26,295 bases of DNA, taken from IMG/VR virus record IMGVR_UViG_3300001847_000838, positions 1 to 26,295 of that record; one strand, written 5' to 3'. The position numbers and the translations under genes are program-made. Positions 7,771 through 15,845 of this stretch are shown here, one piece after another. Every line of letters begins with the position of its first letter. Position 1 is the first letter of the stretch. The DNA is from a virus. The notes beneath the pieces are model-generated. The model had not been told where the DNA came from. It was given only the letters and a program-made list of their open reading frames with translations, and searched no databases.

Positions 7771-9765
7771 CTAGAAGTCCCAAACGATCTTCTTGCTATT
7801 TTTATTATTTTCTTCAACATTTTCAATACGTTGAGTAGCCCTATTTGAGATCTCTGTAAGTATCTGTTGAGCATGGGCCTGATTCATAGGAATTGTAGGA
7901 ATTTTTTGATCAGGAATTAAAGGCTTAGACTTTTCTTCTCCTGATACCAATATTTTACCGCCTACTTTAGTTGCAAACACATTCTGTCCTATATAACGAA
8001 GGGCATCCATAACGTCAGCAAACTCTTCATCATCTGGTATAGTTGTAGGATTTCCAGCATTATCTAATATAAAGTGGTGCACTTTAAACCCAGTTAGTAA
8101 TTTAGCGTTTTGACAACGATCTTCTCCAGTTTTTGGGTCTATATCTTTAAGCACTAGCAACCGCCTCATGTTTCCTGAGTCTACTATTTGTCCTCTAATA
8201 GCTTCAATACCGCCAAGTACATCCTTTTTAAAGTCTGGAACTTTATGAGTTCTAAACCTTTTTCTCCAAGTTTTTATATTTGCAGGTGCCGCTGTATCAC
8301 AAAACCATTTATCTATACTATATTTGTCATCGATTTCTACAGCTTTAGGTAAAAACTCTGCTTCCACTTCAAGCTGTGGAGCCCCAAATGTTTCTAGTAT
8401 AAATGAATAGCCAACTTTAGTTACTGCCATAACAACTATAGTTGCCTCGTGTGTATATCCCCAATCTATACCGGCATAAATTTTAGAATCAAGACGTTTA
8501 AGCAAATTCACAAATTCTTGCATATTAGATCCGGAAACGTTTTCTCCAGTTAGCATACTAAACGCACTATCTATAGTCACAGCATTTTTTTGTTGGTCAA
8601 ATCTAGGATATACTAAACCTTTTGTGGAAGGCCTCCAGCACATTAGCTGCGCTTCCCCTTTGTCCGGAGTAACTCTTGCAAAAGATCCTATAGTACCAGA
8701 AATAGGACGATATAAATTTCTTATAGAGTTTTCTGGCTTTTGAGCTAATTGAGTTTTACATACTGAAAGCAGTTTACAGGAAAGACATCCAGGATGAGCA
8801 TTAATAGATTGATACTCAGGTTTGTCTTGCTGAGGCAAAGAATCATAGTCTTCTTTTGATAAATACTTTAAAGGAAGTTTTTTTGCTGCATAAACTGTTG
8901 TTGTTTTACCTTCAGAATCTGGTTTATAGCGTTCGGGAAAACATTTTTCGGTTATGTCCATAATATTCCATTGAAGTATCTCTTCTCCAGCCTCTTTTGC
9001 TTGATCAAGTTCTTTTTGCATTAAACCAAAAGCAAATTTTCTTGTCGATAGCTTAACAGTTATAGGAAATCTGCCATTTTCTCCTTGAGAAGGTATGAAT
9101 TTAGCTTCCTCATAAGCATTAGGGTCTCTTACTACATCGACTTCATCTATAAACATGATTGGCGTATGCTCACTGTTTGCACCAGCTATAGTGCATACAA
9201 TTACTACAAGATAAGGCTCTTTTTCTTCTGGAGTTTTAAATTGAATTTTAGTTTTTGAATCTGTCTGTTTACGCCACCCATTTGCATGAAGAAAAGGCTC
9301 AAGCTTGTTAAAAAACCCGTTAACATAACTAACGCATTTATCTGATTGTTTTTCAATAGCAGCCATATGGCTTATACTTACTTGAAAATGCAACAAAATA
9401 AGGACTTCAAGCATTGAGGCGGAAAGAGTTTTATAAGCTTCTCGTGCTGACAGCATGATATACCCTCTAACAACATCTCCAGTGTTATCTCTAACTGCCT
9501 TATAAATTGTCCACATAGCATCGAGGGGGTTGCTATTGGAATCCTCATCAACAGTATCAGAAGGAAGTTCTATCTTAAAAAAGGTTCTTACCCAATTCCG
9601 AAGATCTTCTTTATCTTGTAAAATTTCAAGCATAACCTCTGCTTTTGCACGCTCTTCTTGATCAAGTTTAAGGTAAGCCTTAACAGTAAAAGCGCGAAGG
9701 TCTGGGCGCATAATATTTATGCGCTTTTCAAATTTAGAAGTTATAAAATTGAACTGATCATTCAT
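7771..9765 (-). CDS. terL: Terminase large subunit
   Basis: Deviant Walker A LSAREAYKT, Walker B IMFIDEVD, coupling motif LST, linker GLVYPRF, RNase H-like nuclease AGIDWG...DALRY. Upstream of the portal gene. Confidence 0.85.
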   Translation of the reverse strand: MNDQFNFITSKFEKRINIMRPDLRAFTVKAYLKLDQEERAKAEVMLEILQDKEDLRNWVRTFFKIELPSDTVDEDSNSNPLDAMWTIYKAVRDNTGDVVRGYIMLSAREAYKTLSASMLEVLILLHFQVSISHMAAIEKQSDKCVSYVNGFFNKLEPFLHANGWRKQTDSKTKIQFKTPEEKEPYLVVIVCTIAGANSEHTPIMFIDEVDVVRDPNAYEEAKFIPSQGENGRFPITVKLSTRKFAFGLMQKELDQAKEAGEEILQWNIMDITEKCFPERYKPDSEGKTTTVYAAKKLPLKYLSKEDYDSLPQQDKPEYQSINAHPGCLSCKLLSVCKTQLAQKPENSIRNLYRPISGTIGSFARVTPDKGEAQLMCWRPSTKGLVYPRFDQQKNAVTIDSAFSMLTGENVSGSNMQEFVNLLKRLDSKIYAGIDWGYTHEATIVVMAVTKVGYSFILETFGAPQLEVEAEFLPKAVEIDDKYSIDKWFCDTAAPANIKTWRKRFRTHKVPDFKKDVLGGIEAIRGQIVDSGNMRRLLVLKDIDPKTGEDRCQNAKLLTGFKVHHFILDNAGNPTTIPDDEEFADVMDALRYIGQNVFATKVGGKILVSGEEKSKPLIPDQKIPTIPMNQAHAQQILTEISNRATQRIENVEENNKNSKKIVWDF

Positions 9766-11528
9766 GGCCGCTCATTGGCTTCATTAACAAAACCATCAGG
9801 GTTGTTTACGGATCTTTCAAACTCGCGATCCGCCTTTGCCTCTTCGCGCTCAACTGCCTCATCTCTTGGATATGCGACAATTCCGCCAATAGTTCCCATA
9901 ACAGTAGCTATGGATGCGGCATTTTTTAATGCTTCCTCTACAGCCGGAGCAGAATCAAAAATTCCAAGCTCTTCTGGAAGGCCATATTCTTGGTTTTCTA
10001 CATCATAAACGTCATCAGGATGATCAATTAAATATTCTAATATGTCAGTTATTTCTTGTCCTCTGTAACCCGCATTGTCTAGTAAGCGATAAATTGGAAC
10101 CATCAAAGATGGACAAAGTACTTCCTTTATTACATCACTTGCTTCTGGATCAGATAAAAGCTCTGTGTTTAAATCAATCAAAGTACGGCAGCCTCCGGGG
10201 AGAACGCCTTTAGCGATAGCGCTGCGAACAGCGCATACAGCATCTTCGCATCTGTCATGTGCTTCTTTTAGCTCCCCATTAGATCCGCCATAAATAGTAA
10301 GCTTAGCGATACCATTAGTAATTTTGCCAAGGCGTTCTTCTAACCATCTTTTTTCTGCTTCTGATTCTGCAGATTCTTTTTGAGACCGAAGTTCATCGGC
10401 TCTAACTTCTACGTTTAAAGACTCAGGATCTCCTACTACTGTACTTCTAAACCGATAAGCTTCAAAGTACTCCATGCCTTTACCTAAATCTTCGGGACGA
10501 GCATCAGCCACGCGGTCCTTGATACCAAACACCTTGGCGCCAGTAAAAGCTGCCATATCAAGCAAAAATTGAAGCTGAGAGTTAATAAACTGAGCCATAG
10601 GGGTAATCATAGGCACAATATTCATCGTATTGGGATTGCCAAAATTGAAGGCTAGCTGGGTAAGGACATTATCGCTGTACCCATGAGCAAAGATAACTAA
10701 GTTGCGAAAGTCAGAGTTGCCTTCAATATAGCCTTGAGCAAGCATATTGAGAAGCTCATTAAAAGTTACTAAGTCGTTTACTTGACCATCATATAGTAAA
10801 AATAAAGGTTTTTCAAGAAAACATCGTTGGTTGCTTTGGTCGTTAATAAAAGCGGTGTGAAACTTTCCAATAGATTCTTCGTACCCGATCGGTATAGGAA
10901 ACCCCTCAATTAGACCAATTTCGTACCCGAACGGGCCAGAAATTTCCTTAATTGTAACATGGGAATTTTCTCCATACCCTACAAGCTCAAAAGCTTTAAT
11001 TACAGCATCGGCCATATCGTCATCCCCATTAGCCGATACTTTTGCTACCATGCGGAGTAGTCCTTTGTTGTCTTCTGTGATAGGTATTGCTTTTTCCCTA
11101 ATGCGTGGAACTAGATTTTTTCTTACTACTTTAGAAAGTTCTCTAGCTGCTTTTTGAGGGCTATATTTAGGGTTTTCTTTACAAAAATCATAAAGATATC
11201 CAACCATTGCCGCAGAGAGTATTGTGGCTGTAGTTGTCCCATCTCCTGCTTCTGTAGCGGTGCGTTTAGCTGCATCTCTAGCTTGCTCTATAATCAAGTG
11301 CTCATAAGAATTTGAAGATCCTAAGCTATTAAAAACCGTAACCCCATCCTTAGTATTTTTATTTGGAATACCGGGATAATCGCTTTCTAGCAAAATATTC
11401 TTTCCGCCAGGCCCATAAGTGTTTCCTACTACTTCGCTGATTTTGTTCATAGTTTCTACTACAATCTTTTCCAAAGTCTTAGGATTGGACACAAACATTT
11501 TGGGGCTTGTTTTAACTTTTCTGATCAT
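9762..11528 (-). CDS. groEL: Phage-encoded GroEL-like chaperonin (Cpn60)
   Basis: Motifs TYGPGGKN, TKDGVTV, EAGDGTTTAT, VSANGD, ERLGKI, EDAVCAVRSAI..GVLPGG and GIFDS. Start placed at ATG 11528 after SD AAGGAG. No C-terminal GGM tail. Confidence 0.93.
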   Translation of the reverse strand: MIRKVKTSPKMFVSNPKTLEKIVVETMNKISEVVGNTYGPGGKNILLESDYPGIPNKNTKDGVTVFNSLGSSNSYEHLIIEQARDAAKRTATEAGDGTTTATILSAAMVGYLYDFCKENPKYSPQKAARELSKVVRKNLVPRIREKAIPITEDNKGLLRMVAKVSANGDDDMADAVIKAFELVGYGENSHVTIKEISGPFGYEIGLIEGFPIPIGYEESIGKFHTAFINDQSNQRCFLEKPLFLLYDGQVNDLVTFNELLNMLAQGYIEGNSDFRNLVIFAHGYSDNVLTQLAFNFGNPNTMNIVPMITPMAQFINSQLQFLLDMAAFTGAKVFGIKDRVADARPEDLGKGMEYFEAYRFRSTVVGDPESLNVEVRADELRSQKESAESEAEKRWLEERLGKITNGIAKLTIYGGSNGELKEAHDRCEDAVCAVRSAIAKGVLPGGCRTLIDLNTELLSDPEASDVIKEVLCPSLMVPIYRLLDNAGYRGQEITDILEYLIDHPDDVYDVENQEYGLPEELGIFDSAPAVEEALKNAASIATVMGTIGGIVAYPRDEAVEREEAKADREFERSVNNPDGFVNEANERP

Positions 11529-11560
11529 GCTTTCTCCTTTTGAACCCTTTAAATACTTTA

Positions 11561-11585
11561 ATATCACAAAAGCATGTGATATCTT
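11561..11585. promoter_or_regulatory. Divergent promoter palindrome ATATCACA-N6-TGTGATAT (back-to-back extended -10 elements or an operator)
   Basis: Perfect 8-bp inverted repeat at 11561-11568 and 11575-11582. The plus strand reads TGTGaTATCTT, ending 7 nt before the helicase ATG. The minus strand reads TGTGaTATTAA toward groEL. Confidence 0.55.
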
Positions 11586-11592
11586 ACTAACA

Positions 11593-13140
11593 ATGAAAGT
11601 TATTATATCAGATCCTACAAAAGCATATGTATCTGGAACGGATGAAGAGGTCTATAAGTTAAAAAAACTTCTTACCTATACAAACACCAGCGCTCAGTTT
11701 CAATATCGTAAAATATTAAAAAATAGATGGTGGAAAAATAGAGATCCAGATGGATGGGCTAAAGCCTGTGAAGACCTTAAATGCAAAATAAAGTCCGTGT
11801 TGGTATTTGAAGATTCGAACGGTATATTTGTACGGCCAGCTTCCTTATCATATTTAGAGCCTTATTTTTCAGATATGTCCCAAAATACAGTTGTTAAGGT
11901 AAGCTTTCCTAATCCTAGACCTTTTCCTTGGCATAATCCTCTTCCTTTTATTTTGCACCCTTACCAAGATGAGTCAATTAAAAACTTGATCTCTGTTAAA
12001 CACGGGAATGTTCAACTTTGCACTGGTGCAGGTAAATCTGCGATTATATTAAAAATAGCTAGAGATCTTGGTTTAAAAACAGTCGTTGCAGTTCCTTCGG
12101 TAAGCATTTTTAACGAAATGCTTAAAAACTTTGAGCATCATTTTGGAAAGTCATCAGTAGGAGCCTTAGGAGATGGAAAAAAACGTTTAGGAAAACTGTT
12201 TACGGTAGCTATATCAAATTCGCTTCGTAACCTTTCCTCTGAATCAGCAGAGTACAAAGAAATTGCTAGTGCTGACGTGTTGTTGGTAGACGAATCTCAT
12301 CTTTGGGGAGCCGATACTCTTGAGGAGCTATGCCATAGCCTATTTTGTAAGACTCCATACAGAATGTTCTTTAGCGGCACACAAACTAGAAGCAATGGCA
12401 CGGAAGTTCTTCTTCAAAGCATAATTGGCAAAACCGTCTGTACATTGACTACTGAAGATGCAGTAAAAAAAAGATATGTTTGTGATCACGACTTTACAAT
12501 AATCAAAGTCCCCACACAAAGGCCATCCTATAGTTCTGATGATCCTATAGATATGAAAAGAAAACACCTTCTTAATAACGAGAATGTAGCAATACTTTAT
12601 GCAAAGATAGCCAATTCTAGCGCTAAAGTAAAAGGAGAATCCACTTTAGTTTTGGTAGAAGAAATTCACCAAATAGCTTTAATAGCAAAATTCCTTGAGG
12701 TACCCTATGCTTATGCTCATGGAAATACTGGAAATAAAAGCGAACTTTCTGATCTTGGCTTAAGTAAATCCAACGCTGAAGAAGCCGTCGAAAAGTTTAA
12801 CAAAGGAGAGGTTAAGGTATTGATTGGGACAAGCTGTATATCAACCGGAACAAATATATACCCTACCCATAATACCTGTAACTGGCAAGGCGGAAGCTCC
12901 GAGATTAAGACCAAACAAGGTACAATTGGAAGATCGGTTAGACACCTTAAAGGCTCTAAATATGAAAAATTTCATTCTATTCCCAAAATGAAAACAAAAA
13001 TATATGATGTAGATGTAATAGGGGTGCCGGCCCCTACAAATAAAGATGGATCAACTGGAATATCCGACTTAAAACGTCAACTAATAGATCGAATAGATTG
13101 TTATCGAGATTCTGGTACTCAAATAAGATATATAGGATAA
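11593..13140 (+). CDS. Superfamily 2 DNA helicase (UvsW-like)
   Basis: Q motif LHPYQ, Walker A CTGAGKS, DESH box, motif III SGT, motif V STGTNI, motif VI QGTIGRSVR. Start moved to ATG 11593 to avoid overlap with groEL. Confidence 0.88.
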   Translation: MKVIISDPTKAYVSGTDEEVYKLKKLLTYTNTSAQFQYRKILKNRWWKNRDPDGWAKACEDLKCKIKSVLVFEDSNGIFVRPASLSYLEPYFSDMSQNTVVKVSFPNPRPFPWHNPLPFILHPYQDESIKNLISVKHGNVQLCTGAGKSAIILKIARDLGLKTVVAVPSVSIFNEMLKNFEHHFGKSSVGALGDGKKRLGKLFTVAISNSLRNLSSESAEYKEIASADVLLVDESHLWGADTLEELCHSLFCKTPYRMFFSGTQTRSNGTEVLLQSIIGKTVCTLTTEDAVKKRYVCDHDFTIIKVPTQRPSYSSDDPIDMKRKHLLNNENVAILYAKIANSSAKVKGESTLVLVEEIHQIALIAKFLEVPYAYAHGNTGNKSELSDLGLSKSNAEEAVEKFNKGEVKVLIGTSCISTGTNIYPTHNTCNWQGGSSEIKTKQGTIGRSVRHLKGSKYEKFHSIPKMKTKIYDVDVIGVPAPTNKDGSTGISDLKRQLIDRIDCYRDSGTQIRYIG

Positions 13141-13155
13141 TTATATTGGGTCACA

Positions 13156-13164
13156 TGATAAGTT
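13156..13164 (+). promoter_or_regulatory. Extended -10 promoter TGnTAAGTT, probably giving a leaderless transcript of the sigma gene
   Basis: TG-A-TAAGTT at 13156-13164, then 7 nt to ATG 13172. No SD sequence. A GGTCA/TGACC inverted repeat flanks it. Confidence 0.45.
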
Positions 13165-13171
13165 GACCTAA

Positions 13172-14221
13172 ATGACTAAGAAAAACAAAAAAGAATTTTA
13201 TAAAAACGATAACAGCCTATATTGGCTTGCTGAATCTGTTACCAAAGCTATAGAAAACAATGAGGACGGAACCTTTCAAAAAGAACAGGTTGAAGTTCTT
13301 ATGGAATTAGAAGAAAAGTTTAGGCGTAGTCTTCTTAAATATAGACAAACTACAGAAATATACCGCATGTTTATTATGATGGTGGTTGTCCAAAATAGAA
13401 ACATACTTAGCGCTAGGCCTTATTTTAGAGAAAAGTCAGATGTTTTTAGTTCTAAAATAACTCCAGCTATAAAGACTGGACAAGTTAAGGTGCTACAAAG
13501 TTTTCATATAAATTATCTTTTAATAAAGTTTATAAAAGATAATTGGGTAGGGCCGTTTCCAGAGCGAGCCCAAAAATTTTACAACAAAGCTTTAGTTGCA
13601 AGAAGAAAGCTTATAGAAAACAATATTCCCCTTGCAATCAATAGAGCAAAGCTATTTTACCGCAAGGTCCCTAAAGGCCAACTATCTTTAATGGACATGA
13701 TTGGTATAGCATCTACAGGGTTGATAAGTGGTGTGGACAAATGGGTTGGAGAGTACACACCAGTTTTTCGAAGTGTTTGCATAGGCAGAATGGGAGGTAA
13801 TATGATAGATAGCTATTCTGATACTATGCTTCACTTTTATCCTTCTGATCGCCACATCCTTTACAGAGCAAATTCTATAGCTTACAGAGAAGGTATAGAA
13901 GACTATGAAAGTCTAGCTGGTGCTATCAATAAAAGCTTTGATCAAGATAAAACTGAAGGAAGAAAGTCTTCTACTAAACCGATAAGCTCATCAGAGTTAG
14001 CTTCTTTAATGAAAGCGGCCTCTGTAATGAGCGCTACCCTGCCATTTGATCCCGAAGCTAACTGTACTACGCTATTTGATGTTGAAGATTTAAACCCTAA
14101 CGAAGAGGATATGGAAGACTCTATAGCTAACAGAGAAGCTTTATCTAAAACATTAGCGGCTGCCTCTAAATTGTCAATTTTACATCAAAAAATTTTAAAA
14201 TTAAAAGGAGTAAAGCTATGA
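13172..14221 (+). CDS. Phage RNA polymerase sigma70-like factor (region 2 present, region 4.2 absent)
   Basis: ARRKLIENNIPLAINRAKLF...LSLMDMIGIASTGLISGVDKW matches sigma regions 2.1-2.2. The protein ends right after a 4.1-like helix, LSILHQKILKLKG. Confidence 0.8.
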   Translation: MTKKNKKEFYKNDNSLYWLAESVTKAIENNEDGTFQKEQVEVLMELEEKFRRSLLKYRQTTEIYRMFIMMVVVQNRNILSARPYFREKSDVFSSKITPAIKTGQVKVLQSFHINYLLIKFIKDNWVGPFPERAQKFYNKALVARRKLIENNIPLAINRAKLFYRKVPKGQLSLMDMIGIASTGLISGVDKWVGEYTPVFRSVCIGRMGGNMIDSYSDTMLHFYPSDRHILYRANSIAYREGIEDYESLAGAINKSFDQDKTEGRKSSTKPISSSELASLMKAASVMSATLPFDPEANCTTLFDVEDLNPNEEDMEDSIANREALSKTLAAASKLSILHQKILKLKGVKL

Positions 14222-14550
14222 AATTGCCAGCATACAGCATGAACGACAAGCTTATACTTGAACCCTACGATCACGGGCAGGGATTAAAAACAGAGATAAG
14301 AAATGGTCTAGCTTTTGTGCAGCAAAAGGTTAATCTTGTACCTCTTCGCGTTCTTGTAGAGGCTAGACTAAATGATGGTAGCTATATACCTTCGGGAGCT
14401 ATTGTGTATCTAGAAGAGGATGCTTTATGCGGAAAAACAGCCACATGGGCAAAAGTTGTCAGAAAATGTAAAGCTCTTAAAGATCAACAGTTTATTATTG
14501 TTGATAAGCAGCACATTATAATGGTTGACACAGGGGAAGATATCCAGTAA
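14218..14550 (+). CDS. Divergent GroES/Cpn10-like co-chaperonin
   Basis: 110 aa. By-eye alignment to GroES: MNDKLILEP ~ LHDRVIVKR; KTEIRNGLAFV ~ mobile loop ETKSAGGIVL; IPSGAIVYL ~ VKVGDIVIF; QQFIIVDKQHIIMV ~ EEVLIMSESDILAI. Confidence 0.55.
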   Translation: MKLPAYSMNDKLILEPYDHGQGLKTEIRNGLAFVQQKVNLVPLRVLVEARLNDGSYIPSGAIVYLEEDALCGKTATWAKVVRKCKALKDQQFIIVDKQHIIMVDTGEDIQ

Positions 14551-14553
14551 ACT
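14525..14553 (+). promoter_or_regulatory. Sigma70-type promoter, TTGACA-N17-TAAACT, probably giving a leaderless transcript
   Basis: TTGACA at 14525-14530, 17-nt spacer, TAAACT at 14548-14553. The ATG follows 6 nt later at 14560. No SD. Confidence 0.72.
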
Positions 14554-14559
14554 TATTGG

Positions 14560-15528
14560 ATGAAAACCATCCGAGTAGGCGATCCACATATACGCCCAGA
14601 TAATCTAGAAGAATCAGAACGCCTTATGCAGTTCATCTATGAGCTAGCAAGCTCTCCAGACATTGGAAGCTTAGAGTTTATGGGAGATCAAATGCATACT
14701 CACGCGGTTCTTCGAATGGAAGTTATAGAGTTTTGGATGAGGTGGGCAAAAAAATTTGGCTCTATTGTTTCAACAAAGTTTATCGTTGGAAACCACGATC
14801 AACCAGGAGACTATCAAAGAGAGCGAAACATGAACTCTATGGCTTGCTTGGAGGGTATTTCTAATGTTTATGTAATATCTACCCCTTGGATATCAGACAA
14901 AACATTGTATATACCTCATATGAGCAAACAGGAAGATTTTATTGCGGCAATAGAGTGGGCAAAGGGTCAGCACGCAAATTTATCAGATCACATATTAATT
15001 TGTCATCAAACTTTTAATGGAAGTATGTACGAAAATGGTTTTTATGCCAAGGATGGCTTTGAACCATCTACAGTTTTGGAATTTAAAGCTGTAATATGTG
15101 GCCATATTCATAAGCAGCAAAAGTTTGCTAATATATTTTATATTGGTACTCCTAGATGGGATTCTGTATCTGATGCAAATGAAGATAAGGGCGTATGGAT
15201 ATTTGAAGGAATAGACGCCAAATTTGTATCAACAAAAAAAGTGTGCACACCTATTACATCAATACTATTAAAAGAGGGTGATCAGTTACCAGAAATTCCT
15301 GACGGTAGAGTTTTAGTAACCCTAGAGGGCTCTCAAGTGTGGATAGCATCTATTGGAAAAAATCTTAAGGGAAAAGTAAGAATAATCCCTAAGCCTACAG
15401 ATGCTCGCAATAAAGCCAAGGATGCTAGCAATAAGCTAAGTTCTATGGAAAGCTATGCAAAACATCATAAGTTTGATCCAAACGTTACGGCTAAAGAAGT
15501 TCTTGATTACCTAAAAGGTTTAGCATGA
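14560..15528 (+). CDS. sbcD: SbcD/Mre11-like (T4 gp47-like) nuclease subunit
   Basis: Calcineurin-like motifs GDPH, GDQMH, GNHD, HQT and GHIH. The SbcC partner is downstream. Confidence 0.88.
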   Translation: MKTIRVGDPHIRPDNLEESERLMQFIYELASSPDIGSLEFMGDQMHTHAVLRMEVIEFWMRWAKKFGSIVSTKFIVGNHDQPGDYQRERNMNSMACLEGISNVYVISTPWISDKTLYIPHMSKQEDFIAAIEWAKGQHANLSDHILICHQTFNGSMYENGFYAKDGFEPSTVLEFKAVICGHIHKQQKFANIFYIGTPRWDSVSDANEDKGVWIFEGIDAKFVSTKKVCTPITSILLKEGDQLPEIPDGRVLVTLEGSQVWIASIGKNLKGKVRIIPKPTDARNKAKDASNKLSSMESYAKHHKFDPNVTAKEVLDYLKGLA

Positions 15529-15845
15529 GCGATGAACTAAAAGGTATTATGAAAGGATCTATATTGTACGGAATGCTGTCTGATGTACATGAAAATAATA
15601 TAAAAATATATCCTTTTGTTTTTCTTGACGGAGTAAAGGAAGCTGAGATATCATATAACATACCTACTATGGGAGAATCTACAGCGAGGGCTTCTGTTAT
15701 ATACACTATAAAATTTAATAACGGTTTTCCTGCGGGCAATGTAAAACAACAAGTATCTAACCTTAAAAAAGCAGTTCAGATTTTAATGCAGCATGATGCC
15801 TCAATAAAAGTTTTTAATGAGCAAGGCAAAGAGATTGGAGAATAG
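15525..15845 (+). CDS. Hypothetical protein (106 aa)
   Basis: Start overlaps the sbcD stop. No recognised motif. Confidence 0.7.
   Translation: MSDELKGIMKGSILYGMLSDVHENNIKIYPFVFLDGVKEAEISYNIPTMGESTARASVIYTIKFNNGFPAGNVKQQVSNLKKAVQILMQHDASIKVFNEQGKEIGE

Noticed and set aside
9658-10213. Plus-strand ORFs 9658-10008 and 9914-10213
   Set aside because: Antisense to terL/groEL with no motifs.
9762-11528. Host chromosomal groESL operon (bacterial contig or prophage boundary)
   Set aside because: The sequence is highly divergent, lacks the GGM tail and an adjacent groES, and is coupled to the terminase amid phage genes.
11529-11567. Longer groEL start at GTG 11567
   Set aside because: The SD AAGGAG precedes ATG 11528, and the extension covers the promoter region.
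11564-11579. CRP/FNR binding site
   Set aside because: The half-sites are in reversed order (TCACA-N6-TGTGA), not TGTGA-N6-TCACA.
11419-11592. Hydrophobic N-terminal extension of the helicase ORF suggesting a membrane anchor
   Set aside because: It overlaps groEL antisense. ATG 11593 with a properly spaced -10 is the better start.
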